A DNA stretch of 64,000 nucleotides from an uncultured Chloroflexia bacterium (GCA_963827295.1 CAWHAI010000015.1:9407-73406); one strand, 5' to 3'. Numbered from the stretch's first letter, positions 18,475-28,601 are shown. Notes: a model not told the origin generated them from the sequence alone. Numbers and translations are program-made.

Positions 18475-19792
18475 GCAGGGATTCTACAGAGGCAGGCCTC
18501 GGGAGTGGCCCTCAACCTGCGCAGCCGCTAAGCCACTCCGACAAAAAGAAGCATCACTATGTCCCGCGCTTCTATCTCAAGTTGTTCGCCGCTGACCCTA
18601 CCGCGAAGGACCCTCGGAGAATCAACCTGTACAACATACCCAGAGCTCTGCTTATCACCGATACGAGCATAGCGGACCAGTGCGCTAAAGACCGGTTTTA
18701 TGGGGCATCAAATAACCTTGAGGATGCCCATGTCAACTCTCGAAAGCGCATGGGGACACCTCCCTCTTCAGGGACTTGTCTGACAAGCCGATTCCACCCC
18801 AACCAAACTCCAAGGGCCATCTTATGCTCCTCCTCTTCATCTCAATTCAAATCCTCAGGACAAAGCGACACGCCCTAGATACAAATGAATCTATACGTAT
18901 GATGGTGAAGATAATAGCGGCGCACGATTCTGGTCTATCTACAGCTAGCCACGATGACTTCGACTGGGAGTTGAAGGACCCAGTCTTCCTAAGTCTGCGA
19001 AGTTTTCTCCCCTTAGCCTATTACTTGGACGACCTCAAGATATGCTTGCTTCAAGCGAATCCCAATGATGCATTTCTGACATCAGACAACCCGGTCTTCA
19101 AGTACAACCTTTACTGTGAGAGATTTACTGAGACAGGCACCACGGGAGCAACAAACGCCGGCCTTTTGGTCTTCTTGCCTATCTCGCCCAAGCTCTGCCT
19201 GTTGTTATATGACGGTGGTGTATACAAGGTCGGACGGTCACGAAAACGAGAACTTTTGCTCGCCACATCCCCCGACGTGGACATCCTAAACGGGATACAA
19301 TATGTGGGAGCAGACACTAACCTCTACTTCTCAAGAAGCCTCTCAGCAGATTACTTCAAGCGCCTCTTGGCTACATACGGCAGGGCACGCCGGGAAATTG
19401 GTGTCCGAACTACTGAAGCCGAAGAAGTAGGGAATCCTCTCAGCATCTTGGTCCACCAATACCGCCCACACACTCCGAACCTGCACCTGAGCCTCTCCTT
19501 CTTATCTATTAGGCGCCAGGCCCGCCGAGTACCGCTGGCTCGCCGCATTGGAACTTACCGACGGAAACAGAACCAAACCGAGCTTAGACTCGGGACTCGG
19601 AAGCAAAGCGCGAAAGTTTGTCCCCGTCAAAATCAGCGATGGACGACGCCGCGCCAAGAGATAACCTGTCGAAAAAGAAGTATTTTCGGAGCGCTTCTAT
19701 ACAAACATTTTGCTAACATTTTTGCTAACGAACTTTTCACCACCAAAATAAACCAAGGTGGTACTATTCAGTACCACCTAACTAGCCTATAA
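18471..19792 (+). pseudogene. DUF4238-family protein, two frameshifts; 3' end uncertain
   Basis: ATGA overlap with the methyltransferase stop. It has the HHYVPRFYLKLF motif typical of DUF4238. Breaks at ~18727 and ~18775. The basic low-complexity tail after ~19500 is probably out of frame. Confidence 0.55.
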
Positions 19793-19843
19793 AAGAGTAC
19801 TAGGGTTTACCTACTTCCACGCTCAGGGACAAACCTCTTGTAT

Positions 19844-19886
19844 CTTTTAATCAGGGTGTCGTGGGTTCGAATCCCACACCGCTCAC
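19844..19886 (+). repeat. attR (tRNA-Lys 3'-half remnant)
   Basis: CTTTTAATCAGGGTGTCGTGGGTTCGAATCCCACACCGCTCAC, a 42/43 match to attL. Confidence 0.85.
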
Positions 19887-20119
19887 CGGCACCCTTTTTC
19901 AAAGCTAATTTCCCCCGTCCAGCACGGATTCCCCCGAAAACGCGGCCTTTTCGAGCACCTTATTTCCTAGTGAAAATTGTACCTTATCGCCGGCATCCCC
20001 TTTTTCGAGCGCCAAGCATATCGGACAAGGTACGCAGTGCAACAATCCGTCCTTCATGTAATAGCAAGCAATTTGCCGTGAAATCTACTAAAATAGATTA
20101 TGGGTCTAAGAAGTTTAGC

Positions 20120-20404
20120 ATGTATTTCTCTGAGGAAGTGGTCGCCAGTACCCTGGGTATTTTCGGAGAGGGCATGAAAGTAGCCTCCGAGATCACCCTG
20201 ATGGCTGCTGACGCTGGAGTGGTCCGCACCGAAAGGATGTAATTGCCATGAGAGGCACAGGCAAGGGAGTAGTGACTGATCTTGTGTTGACCCAGGCCAA
20301 TTCTCAGGATTTTTTTGATCTTAAAGTCAAGGAAATTCTCTGCAAGCCCCACTTCTGGTTTTGGCAATATGATTCGCTGATGGCGCTAGGGAATGCGAGA
20401 TAGA
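20120..20404 (+). pseudogene. 3' remnant of a pyruvate-kinase-C-terminal-domain-like (PK_C-like) protein
   Basis: GEGMKVASEITLMAADAGVV... then, after a frame break ~20240, VIAMRGTGKGVVTDLVLTQANSQDFFDLKVKEILCKP. The N-terminal ~100 aa of the family are absent. Confidence 0.35.
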
Positions 20405-20406
20405 CA

Positions 20407-21817
20407 ATGGCAGATCCTAATGCTCTCGAAATATTATTTAATCCTAAGAGTATTGCCATAGTTGGCGCTTCAAGAAATCCCTCAACGCCTAACTATAACT
20501 TGCTGGCAAACCTGGTCAGGCTCAAATTCCCCGGGAGACTGTATCCTGTCAATCCAAATGTTCAGGAAATTGATGGAATGAAGGCATATCCCAGCCTGAA
20601 GAGTATCGAAGGTGAGATAGATATGGTGGTCTCATCCGTGCCGGCAGCTGCAACTCTGGACGTAATCAAGGATTGCGTTGAAAAAAGGGTGAAGGTGGTT
20701 GTCATAGTCAGCGGAGGCTTCTCTGAAGTCGGGCGGGACGGGCGCAAAGCCCAGGAGGAAATCGCTCTCCTGCTGAAAACGAGCGGGAATCAGGGCAATC
20801 GGACCCAACTGTTTAAGCCCAATCAATACTTCGAATAACCTGGTCATTGGTTTTGACCCCCATGAAAAGCTAAACAGGGGGAGCACATCTCTTATTCTGC
20901 AGTCGGGGTTCTACGAGCCGAGATTAGAGTGGATCTTTTGGGACTTGAACCTTGGCATAAGCAAGCTCATAGACCTGGGTAACAAGATCGATATCAATGA
21001 GGTTGATGCCCTGGAATATCTTGCATCGGATCCGACCACCAGGGTTATTGCTATCCATTTGGAGAGCATTGCGGGTGACAGCAGAAGGTTCTTTGACCTT
21101 CTGAAAAAAACCTCGAAGCGAAAGCCGATAGTGGTCCTTAAATCGGGCCGCACCGAAGCCGGGGCTGCTGCCACATCCTCTCACACCGGCGCAATAGTCA
21201 AAGGAAGCCCCATAGTATTTGATACCGCCCTCGCACAGGCTGGTGTCGTCCGAGCACGTACTCTGGAGGAGTTCTTCGATTATGCGAAGGTCTTCGAATT
21301 TTTCACGCCCCTGAAATTGACCGGAAATCGCATCGCCATAGCCTGTCTTTCAGGGGGCGAAGGCGCCATAGTAACCGATATGTGCCAGGAGAGAGGTTTT
21401 TCGCTGGCAAAGGTCAGCTCAGAGACTTACGTCAAGCTACAGGAAGTTGGCCCTCCTTGGAAGATTCCGCCAAATCCGTTTGATATCGGTGTCTCTGGAC
21501 AGTTTCATCCCATGGAGGTTTACCAGGCCTTCTTTGAGGCGATGACGGAAGACACAAACGTCGATTGCATTGCCGTTCAACTGCCTACTTTTCGCAACGT
21601 CTCAATTCCTGATAACATTCTTAGAGTATTCCTGGAACCAATCTTCAGGGCGAGGAGCAGAAAACCGGTTGCCATCTGGCTGATGGAGGAGACTCAAAGA
21701 TATCGTACGCCAATTCAGTTATTGGAAGCAAATCGTATACCGGTATATCCCACTGCAGATCGAGCCATAAAGGCTCTCTCAGCCCTCTACAGGTATACAT
21801 CGATGAGGAAAGAGTGA
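20407..21817 (+). pseudogene. acyl-CoA synthetase (NDP-forming) alpha-type subunit (CoA-binding plus ligase-CoA domains), one frameshift
   Basis: NPKSIAIVGASRNP..., RAIGPNCLSP (other frame), VLKSGRTEAGAAATSSHTGA. The break is in an AAAA run at ~20780. Confidence 0.75.
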
Positions 21818-21936
21818 CTAACTGGCTTCTGATCGAGGTATTACTAGCATAGAAACGAAAGCAAATACAGAGCGGGAGCAAGCCCCAGAGTGTAAATTAG
21901 CCGTTATCCCAAAACTATACCGTTTCTGCGGACTAT

Positions 21937-22818
21937 TCACAATCCAATTTCCAGCAAGGATTTTTTCACGATCTCCCTTTGCTCCTTGGTAATCTGCGGA
22001 AGCGGTCTTTTAACATATGCTTGAATAGGGTGACCCAGCTGACGCATGGCTTCTTTCACCAGTGGGGATTGTACAGCTACCGCTAGAATTGGCATAAGTT
22101 TATAGAGCTTTTCCTGTAATCGAGCAGCTTTTCCCAAGTCGCCTCTCCTGAAGCTTTCATAGATCGAAACGACCTCATTAGGAACAATGCACGGAATCGG
22201 GCATATTACCCCGGCACCGCCAACCTTCAGAACTTCGAGTAGAATAAAACTGACACCTGTAAAAACATAGAAGGATCCCTTCCTTTTTATTTTCAATATC
22301 TCCTCAGCTTTTTCCACTGGTCCTGTCTCTTTAATCCCCACAACATTTTCTAGCCGGGAGAGCCTGGAAATCAAGGCAAGCGACATCTCAAGATGGGTGA
22401 AGTACGGTAGATCGTAGAGAAGAATTGGCAAATCTACGGCTTTTGAGATCGCTTTGTAATGATTATATACATCGTCGTCCGTAAGGGGATAATAGATTGG
22501 TAGATTAATCAGCAGCCCATCCGCCCCTCTCTTTTCGGCATATTTACTCAAAGCTATTACGTCGTCTGTACCCATACTCGATGGACAAACAACAACCGGT
22601 ACCCTGCGGTTCGTTTGCTCCACCACGATATCTATCACCCTCTTCTTTTCTGCGATGGTTAGATAGGGGAATTCCCCCGAACTCCCTAAGGATACCAGCC
22701 CATGGACACCATTCCCGATCAGATAATCTACCTCGTACCTTAGACCGTTTTCGTCGATTTTAAGGCCCTTGTTTAGAGGAGTTAACATCGCGGGGTAGAC
22801 TCCCTGGAATTTCCTCAT
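21937..22818 (-). CDS. dihydrodipicolinate synthase/N-acetylneuraminate lyase-family class I aldolase
   Basis: 293 aa. GVYPAMLTPL...GLVSLGSSGEFPYLT... Confidence 0.75.
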   Translation of the reverse strand: MRKFQGVYPAMLTPLNKGLKIDENGLRYEVDYLIGNGVHGLVSLGSSGEFPYLTIAEKKRVIDIVVEQTNRRVPVVVCPSSMGTDDVIALSKYAEKRGADGLLINLPIYYPLTDDDVYNHYKAISKAVDLPILLYDLPYFTHLEMSLALISRLSRLENVVGIKETGPVEKAEEILKIKRKGSFYVFTGVSFILLEVLKVGGAGVICPIPCIVPNEVVSIYESFRRGDLGKAARLQEKLYKLMPILAVAVQSPLVKEAMRQLGHPIQAYVKRPLPQITKEQREIVKKSLLEIGL

Positions 22819-22879
22819 TGTGCTCCCTCCATTTCTTTATTTGGTACTCATGGCGAAAGCAATATCAGCACTCTAAGCT

Positions 22880-23812
22880 CTACAGATTTAGAATTCTTTG
22901 TGCATTTCCACCCAGTATAGCTGAGATTTCTTCTTCGGTGAATTTTATCCCTTCGGGAGATTTTTCGGGCAACTCTCTGATTAATTGCACGTAGTCTCGA
23001 GGAGGACAAATTTGCCTGAAGCCCGGACCATCGGTGCCAAACAATATCCTCTCGTAGCCCAATTCATCTACAAATCTCTTCAGGATTTTGCAAAAATCAT
23101 CGTGGTGAGTCATAACCTCAAGCTCCCAACCAGAGATATCTACAAAAATGTTTGTCTTGACTGATGCTATCGCCAGCAAATCTTGCCACCAAGCATGAGA
23201 CATATGTGCAGCAATTAAGATTAAGTCCGGAAACTCAGCCGCGACATCATCCAGATATATCGGGTGAGAAGTTTTACTTCTTAGCGGATACATAATGGGC
23301 CCAGAGTGAAAAAGGACCGGGATTTTGAGGTCAACGCATTTACGATAGAGGGGATAGAACATTTTGTCGTTGGGGAAAAAACCAGCAGCGGGATGTAACT
23401 TGAGCCCGCGCATCCCCCATTCTTTGACACCCCTTTCCAGAAATTCCACACTTCCCTTCCTTCTGGGATCGATACCAACAAAGGCTATCAACTTGTCCGA
23501 ATGCTTTTCCATAAGCTCCGCGTGTAGCCTATTCTGCTCTTCGATGGTAACATCCGCTCTGCTCAGACCTATTTCGAAGTCCTGAGGCAATAAGACTGCT
23601 TTATCTATCCCCGCTGCCTTCATCTCACCCAGGAGAACCTCTACCGAGAAGTCCCATAGAGGCAGAAGAGCTATTCTTTCCAGCTCATCTAAGGGGATGT
23701 CTGCCTTCATTATCCTCTTTGCCTGGGCTTGAGCGGTTCTGACTACCCCTTCCCAAAATTCATGAGGGAGCCATTCTTTTACAAACAGATGTGAATGCAC
23801 ATCAATTATCAT
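22880..23812 (-). CDS. amidohydrolase-2 family metal-dependent hydrolase/decarboxylase
   Basis: 310 aa. It starts MIIDVHSHLF and has the later HPAAG and HSGP motifs. Confidence 0.7.
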   Translation of the reverse strand: MIIDVHSHLFVKEWLPHEFWEGVVRTAQAQAKRIMKADIPLDELERIALLPLWDFSVEVLLGEMKAAGIDKAVLLPQDFEIGLSRADVTIEEQNRLHAELMEKHSDKLIAFVGIDPRRKGSVEFLERGVKEWGMRGLKLHPAAGFFPNDKMFYPLYRKCVDLKIPVLFHSGPIMYPLRSKTSHPIYLDDVAAEFPDLILIAAHMSHAWWQDLLAIASVKTNIFVDISGWELEVMTHHDDFCKILKRFVDELGYERILFGTDGPGFRQICPPRDYVQLIRELPEKSPEGIKFTEEEISAILGGNAQRILNL

Positions 23813-23913
23813 TTCTCCCCCTCCCCCTTAGTGAGCATACATCCATACCGCACTGGTAATCAGCAGCCTGAAGCTCTGATTAAAGCCAGTTTAGATCATA
23901 CGCTAAGATCTTC

Positions 23914-24633
23914 TCAGTTAATACCCCTTTCCCCAAACCGGTTGTGGCAGGTGAAATCCTCCACATCGCGGCGTACTCTCAGCCTTTTAGCTGGCTTAGA
24001 GATAGGATATCCCAGACGACAGCCAAAGGCAATCTTAATATAATCGGGGATATGGAGAATTCTCTTTGTCTCTTTTTCCGCCGGATTCTCGCCGAAGTCG
24101 CTTATGACATGAAACGCAATTCCTAGAGACTGCGCCATGAGCCACATATTCTCCATGATACAACCCAGACTAATGATACCCAAGAAATCGCCCTCGGAGG
24201 CAGGGGCTCTTTTCCGGGAATCATAAATCACGATTAGAATGGTCGGGCTACCATCAATGACTTCACTCAGAGAAAAGGGCGCGCTCTTACGAGCGACCTC
24301 GCCCAGCTTATCAGGATTCCTCCACTCAGGCGGGAATAAGGTACCGAGAAGCCCAACCTTCTTCTGAAGTAACTCCTTTTCCGAGAATGAAAGCTGCTGA
24401 TAGTTTTCTCGGAGGAATTCTTCCGATATCGGGGACTCGATGTTTCCTATTTTCTCTAGAAGTTTCTTGTCATCTACGACGATTATTTCAAAGTTCTGCA
24501 TATTGTGGGGCGTGGGCGACCAACGCGCCGCCTCCAGAATCTTCCACAGGTCCTGCTTCGCTACCGGACGTTTAGGATCGAAGGGAGCCCTTACTGACTG
24601 CCTTTCCTGTATAAGTTTTAAGACCTCGTGCAT
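23914..24633 (-). CDS. nitroreductase-family protein
   Basis: 239 aa. ERQSVRAPFD...AARWSPTPHNMQ. Confidence 0.7.
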   Translation of the reverse strand: MHEVLKLIQERQSVRAPFDPKRPVAKQDLWKILEAARWSPTPHNMQNFEIIVVDDKKLLEKIGNIESPISEEFLRENYQQLSFSEKELLQKKVGLLGTLFPPEWRNPDKLGEVARKSAPFSLSEVIDGSPTILIVIYDSRKRAPASEGDFLGIISLGCIMENMWLMAQSLGIAFHVISDFGENPAEKETKRILHIPDYIKIAFGCRLGYPISKPAKRLRVRRDVEDFTCHNRFGERGIN

Positions 24634-24702
24634 AATGAACTCCTGGTTGAAAAATCTTTAGTTCGTTAATTGCCAATCAGATTCTATACAAGATTTCTCA
24701 AT

Positions 24703-25218
24703 TCAACTCGCCTGGGCAAAACGATTGTAACTGACTATTTCCTCGAGGCTCTTTCTGTTTCTAGATAGAGGAGCTTCAGCAGGATAACCAAGAGGCGTAC
24801 TTGCAACAACGCGAATATTATCGGGGACTCCAAGCGCCTTCCTGACGATATCCTCCTTGAACCAGCCAATCCAACATGTGCCCAAGCCCTTTTCTGTTGC
24901 AGCAAGCATTAGGTGCTCCATAGCAATCCCTATATCCAGAAGGTAGTATGGCTGATCGCCTTTGGTTCCCGGTTTCGCAGGGTCAGCACAAGCGACCACT
25001 ATTACTGGGGCTTCTGCAATCCACTTGTTCCCTGCTTGGGCAACTCTCTCCTTAGCATTTTGGTTGGTTACTACAATGAAATGCCAGCACTGGCTATTGG
25101 CCCAAGAGGGCGCCAATCTCGCAGCTTCGAGAACATATCTTATGGCATCCTCTGGAACAGGGTCTGGCTTATATTTCCTGACGCTTCTTCTTTTTCTAAT
25201 TGCCTCCATAAGCTCCAT
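24703..25218 (-). CDS. nitroreductase-family protein
   Basis: 171 aa. IRKRRSVRKY...AARLAPSWANSQCW. Confidence 0.75.
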   Translation of the reverse strand: MELMEAIRKRRSVRKYKPDPVPEDAIRYVLEAARLAPSWANSQCWHFIVVTNQNAKERVAQAGNKWIAEAPVIVVACADPAKPGTKGDQPYYLLDIGIAMEHLMLAATEKGLGTCWIGWFKEDIVRKALGVPDNIRVVASTPLGYPAEAPLSRNRKSLEEIVSYNRFAQAS

Positions 25219-25720
25219 GCTTCATCCTCCCAGCTTGCTCTTCATAAGACTTACAATAAGCCCTTCTAGATGAAAAAGTCATAAAACTAGATCAGAAAAT
25301 GTTGAAAATGTATGACGTTTGTAGTCTATAGAATACAGGGCCAAAGCGTGAAGTTCGTGATGAAGCGTTAGCTTGTCATCGTAGCCGAGTCAGCTAACAT
25401 TAGGTTCTCCTTGGTTGTGGTTAGCAGATACTCCCGTTTTAAAAAGCCCATCAACTGAAACCGAGCAGTACCCTGAGGTGAGTCGGTTTGATTATCATGA
25501 AAGCAAAAACAAGACGCTTAATGCAGATAGTATTACCCTGATGTCATAAGGAGCTAAAGCAATTAAGCTAAATGTCCCTCACTCAAACTACTTAACTGTT
25601 GTCTAAGCGCTTAATGGAGTACGACCCCATTTAGTGACCCCGTCTAATCTCCTCTGCAAGTTGTCTCGTTTCCTCTAGAAGGGAGGTCTGACCTTACCCC
25701 GGTATTAGTATCACCGGCTA

Positions 25721-26554
25721 TTAGAGCCCAGTCGCTGTTTCAGCATACTCCATGGGAGCCCTACCGTTCAAGGAGCTGTGTGGCCTGACCTCGTTGTAGT
25801 CCCTCCTCCAGTCTTCAATGATGTCCCGGGCATGCTTCAGGTTCATAAACCAGTTCTCGTTCAAACACTCGTCCCTGAGCCTTCCGATAAAGCTCTCGGC
25901 ATAGGCATTCTCAATTGGCTTTCCCGGCCGGATGAAGTTCAGCTTCACGCCTTTACGGTATGCCCATTCATCGAGTGCCCGCCCTGCGAATTCCGGCCCA
26001 TTGTCCGTGGTAATTACGTTGGGCAATCCCCTGGTTTCAGCTAGCCTCTCCAGCACACTCACTACTCTGGCACCACCCAGTGAAGTATCCACCTCAATGA
26101 CGGGACATTCCCGGGAATAGTCATCCACGATGGCAAGGGCGCGAAAACGCCGTCCGGTGACGATGCTGTCAGTAACGAAATCCATGGACCAGCGCTGGTT
26201 TGGCCTCTGCGGTGACGGCATCATTACCCTCGACCCAGCAGCACCTTTCCTTCGCCTCTTTCTCCTGAGCGCCAATCCCTCTTCATGATAGATCCTCTCC
26301 GTCCGCTTGTGATTAATCACCAGGCCCTCCCTTTTAAGCAAAATGTGGAGCCGCGGACTCCCAAACCGTTTTCTCTGTCCTGCCAGCTCCTGTAGACGCT
26401 GACACAGGGCAACATCTCCATCCGATTTCGGTCTATAGCGATAGACCGAAGCCGAAATATTGACCAGCAGGCAGGCTTTCCTTTCGCTCAGCCCAAGACT
26501 CTCTCTGGCATGGGAAACCGCCAGGCGTTTGGCCTCGGGCTTTAGAAGTTTTTT
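25721..26554 (-). CDS. IS3/IS407-type transposase OrfB (DDE), via -1 frameshift
   Basis: The -1 frame reads KKLLKPEAKRLAVSHARESLGLSERKAC... and joins the 206-aa ORF. It contains WSMDFV, TDNGPEF and ENAYAESFIGRLRDE. Confidence 0.85.
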   Translation of the reverse strand, partial: KKLLKPEAKRLAVSHARESLGLSERKACLLVNISASVYRYRPKSDGDVALCQRLQELAGQRKRFGSPRLHILLKREGLVINHKRTERIYHEEGLALRRKRRRKGAAGSRVMMPSPQRPNQRWSMDFVTDSIVTGRRFRALAIVDDYSRECPVIEVDTSLGGARVVSVLERLAETRGLPNVITTDNGPEFAGRALDEWAYRKGVKLNFIRPGKPIENAYAESFIGRLRDECLNENWFMNLKHARDIIEDWRRDYNEVRPHSSLNGRAPMEYAETATGL

Positions 26555-26808
26555 GACAGCAGATCCTTGAGCGCCCTAATGTCCAGAGCCTGCTCGCCCA
26601 CGATCTGCTTGAGACGCCTGTTCTCCTCTTCTAAGGCTTTCAACCTTTTCAGTTCACTGACGGTCAGTCCGGCATACTTGGCTTTCCAGTTGTAATAGGT
26701 AGCATCGCTCATCCCATATTTACGGCAGAGATCGGCTACCTTAGCTCCTGCCTCTCCCTCCCTGAGCACAGCGATGATCTGTTCCTCGGTGTACCTGTTG
26801 CGTACCAT
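26542..26808 (-). CDS. IS3/IS407-type transposase OrfA
   Basis: 88 aa. YTEEQIIAVLREGEAGAKVADLCRKYGMSDATYYNWKAKY...LSKNF*. The slippery A AAA AAC is on the minus strand at 26548-26554. Confidence 0.85.
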   Translation of the reverse strand: MVRNRYTEEQIIAVLREGEAGAKVADLCRKYGMSDATYYNWKAKYAGLTVSELKRLKALEEENRRLKQIVGEQALDIRALKDLLSKNF

Positions 26809-26981
26809 AGTGAGCCCTCCTCTTTCGTTTTATTATAGCGGAGGACTCTAAATGGCGGTGTTACTGTTTTCGGGGGAAACGTCAGGTCATACTTAGATTG
26901 CCCAAATCCTTGCCCAATATGCTAACGGTACTTTCCGTCAAGTCCTCACTCGTAAAGACATCCAGCATGCCCTCGGTGTTC

Positions 26982-27326
26982 TTAGCATCCTTGGAGCTTT
27001 TCCCCGAAGACGCGGGAAGCTATGCCTGAATTCTCGCTATTGCCTTTAGAAGCTGGAGCGCTATTTTCAGCCATAGACAACTCCCCCTTTCCAATCGGCC
27101 TGGTGCTTTCTATCTCTACAAGAATAAGCTTGGTAGAATCTGCAACAACCGAATTGAGCTTGGGTCCTTCTTCTTTCACAGGATAATCTGAAGCTGAAAC
27201 CTTGTGAATAGCCCATACGTTTAGAATCCCTTTAGGATATCGTAATAATAAAACAGGCCAATTCGCCATAGCACATCTGGTACTGCTGTCTTCACCTTGC
27301 TCTATTTCTCCTACAACACAGCCCAT
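26982..27326 (-). CDS. hypothetical protein
   Basis: 114-aa ORF with no recognisable motif. The start is uncertain. Confidence 0.25.
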   Translation of the reverse strand: MGCVVGEIEQGEDSSTRCAMANWPVLLLRYPKGILNVWAIHKVSASDYPVKEEGPKLNSVVADSTKLILVEIESTRPIGKGELSMAENSAPASKGNSENSGIASRVFGEKLQGC

Positions 27327-27604
27327 CTAGACACTCCAATTAATACCAGAAACCATAAGGTACAGCTATATCCAGTTGATTTAACAGACTTACTTGTAAG
27401 CCTCATTTTTAATGGCAATTTGAGATAAGCGCCAGCGATTCAATAGTACTTTTGCCTTATACTATAACATGCTACTCTGTTACTAATTTCCTACCACTGT
27501 TGACCAAATTTCGCTATTGGAAAATCGCCTAAGAAGGCTCAAGATAGCCATTGGGATATTCTTTTTGGAACTATCACTAGGACAGAAGCTGAAGAAGGAG
27601 ATGA

Positions 27605-28126
27605 ATGTTGAAGGAAGGAAGAGGGACGGTATTAATAGTGGATGATGAGGAACCAATAAGAAATATCCTGTCGTATCATTTGCAGAAGCAAGGCTACATT
27701 TGTGAGTTGGCAAAACGTGGGGATGAGGCTCTACAGAGCATCCTGATGAAGGATTTTGACATCGCGCTTCTGGATATAGATATGCCCGGGATGTCTGGAA
27801 TAGAGGTATTATCGCGGCTCATTACCCATCGCCCGGACATCTCTGTCGTCATGGTAACCGCTATCCAGGACACCAAGGTTGCCGTAGAAGCGATGAAACT
27901 TGGTGCGTATGACTATGTGATTAAACCCTTCAATTTAGATGACCTTGGGCTGAGGGTAGAAAAGGCTCTGGAGAGGAGAAGGCTGGTATTGGAAAACAAG
28001 CAGTACCAGCTACGCTTGGAGCAGAAGGCAGAGCACCTGGCAGGACAAATGCAACAGTATTATCAAGGGGCGCTCCAAGCTCTTGTTAGAGAACAGATAG
28101 CGCTCCAGAAATTGGAGGATATTTGA
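27605..28126 (+). CDS. single-domain response regulator (CheY-like receiver with C-terminal coiled-coil)
   Basis: LIVDDEEPIR, DIALLDIDMPGMSG, VVMVTA and GAYDYVIKPF are all canonical. Confidence 0.8.
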   Translation: MLKEGRGTVLIVDDEEPIRNILSYHLQKQGYICELAKRGDEALQSILMKDFDIALLDIDMPGMSGIEVLSRLITHRPDISVVMVTAIQDTKVAVEAMKLGAYDYVIKPFNLDDLGLRVEKALERRRLVLENKQYQLRLEQKAEHLAGQMQQYYQGALQALVREQIALQKLEDI

Positions 28127-28340
28127 GATCGGAAGCCATAACCTTGCCACGAAAGCTGCTCCATAACCAAGCTACTTACGAGCGATATGTTGCTCCAAAC
28201 ACACTCTATATTGGAGCACGAAAAAGGAGTTCGTTGGGAAAGACAAATTTGCCTTTCTTCTATAACCTAGGTGCATATTCAAGTCCACCTAGTCAACCGC
28301 AGTCTCCAAGTAATAATAAGAATAAAGAAGAAGGCAGCGC

Positions 28341-28601
28341 ATGAAAAATGTCATGATAGTCTACCTAAAACCTGCATCTGGGTCAGCAGAATATAACCTC
28401 GATAAAGCTAAGGCTGAAATGGAGCACACCTTGGGCTTTAGAGGCAGGATTATAGGTGCCCGACCGGAGGGCGATTGCATATTAATGAACATTCAAATCA
28501 ATCCTCATTGGGATTTACCCGATTTTGAGAAGAGGCAGCAGGTCAGCAATTGGATAAAAACTAGGACTAAGCCATTTTTCAAGGTCCAGTCAATAAGGTA
28601 A
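28341..28601 (+). CDS. hypothetical small protein
   Basis: 86-aa ORF with no recognisable motif. Confidence 0.3.
   Translation: MKNVMIVYLKPASGSAEYNLDKAKAEMEHTLGFRGRIIGARPEGDCILMNIQINPHWDLPDFEKRQQVSNWIKTRTKPFFKVQSIR

Larger units (their letters stand above)
13557..19886. mobile_element. 6.3-kb integrative island inserted in the 3' half of tRNA-Lys
   Basis: Bounded by 43-bp direct repeats (1 mismatch) that equal the tRNA from the anticodon loop to the 3' end. A tyrosine integrase abuts the intact tRNA. Confidence 0.85.
25689..26889 (-). mobile_element. IS3-family (IS407-like) insertion sequence (1201 bp)
   Basis: The termini start TGACCTTACCCC (25689) and TGACCTGACG (reverse complement of 26889), with a shared ...CACCG.C.ATTTAGAG subterminal block. 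OrfA and OrfB lie inside. No clear target-site duplication. Confidence 0.8.

Noticed and set aside
19838-20119. 5' part of ORF 19838-20242 spanning attR
   Set aside because: It starts inside the tRNA-derived att repeat and is Arg/Pro-rich. Only the last ~40 codons resemble a known family (PK_C-like remnant).
7563-26889. Composite transposon formed by the two IS3-family elements
   Set aside because: The two IS are different elements (different OrfA/OrfB sequences and subterminal repeats). The intervening 17 kb contains two tRNA genes and an independent tRNA-integrated island.
28123-28344. 73-aa ORF after the response regulator
   Set aside because: It has a non-ATG start and a low-complexity Ser/Pro/Asn tail, with no supporting signal.
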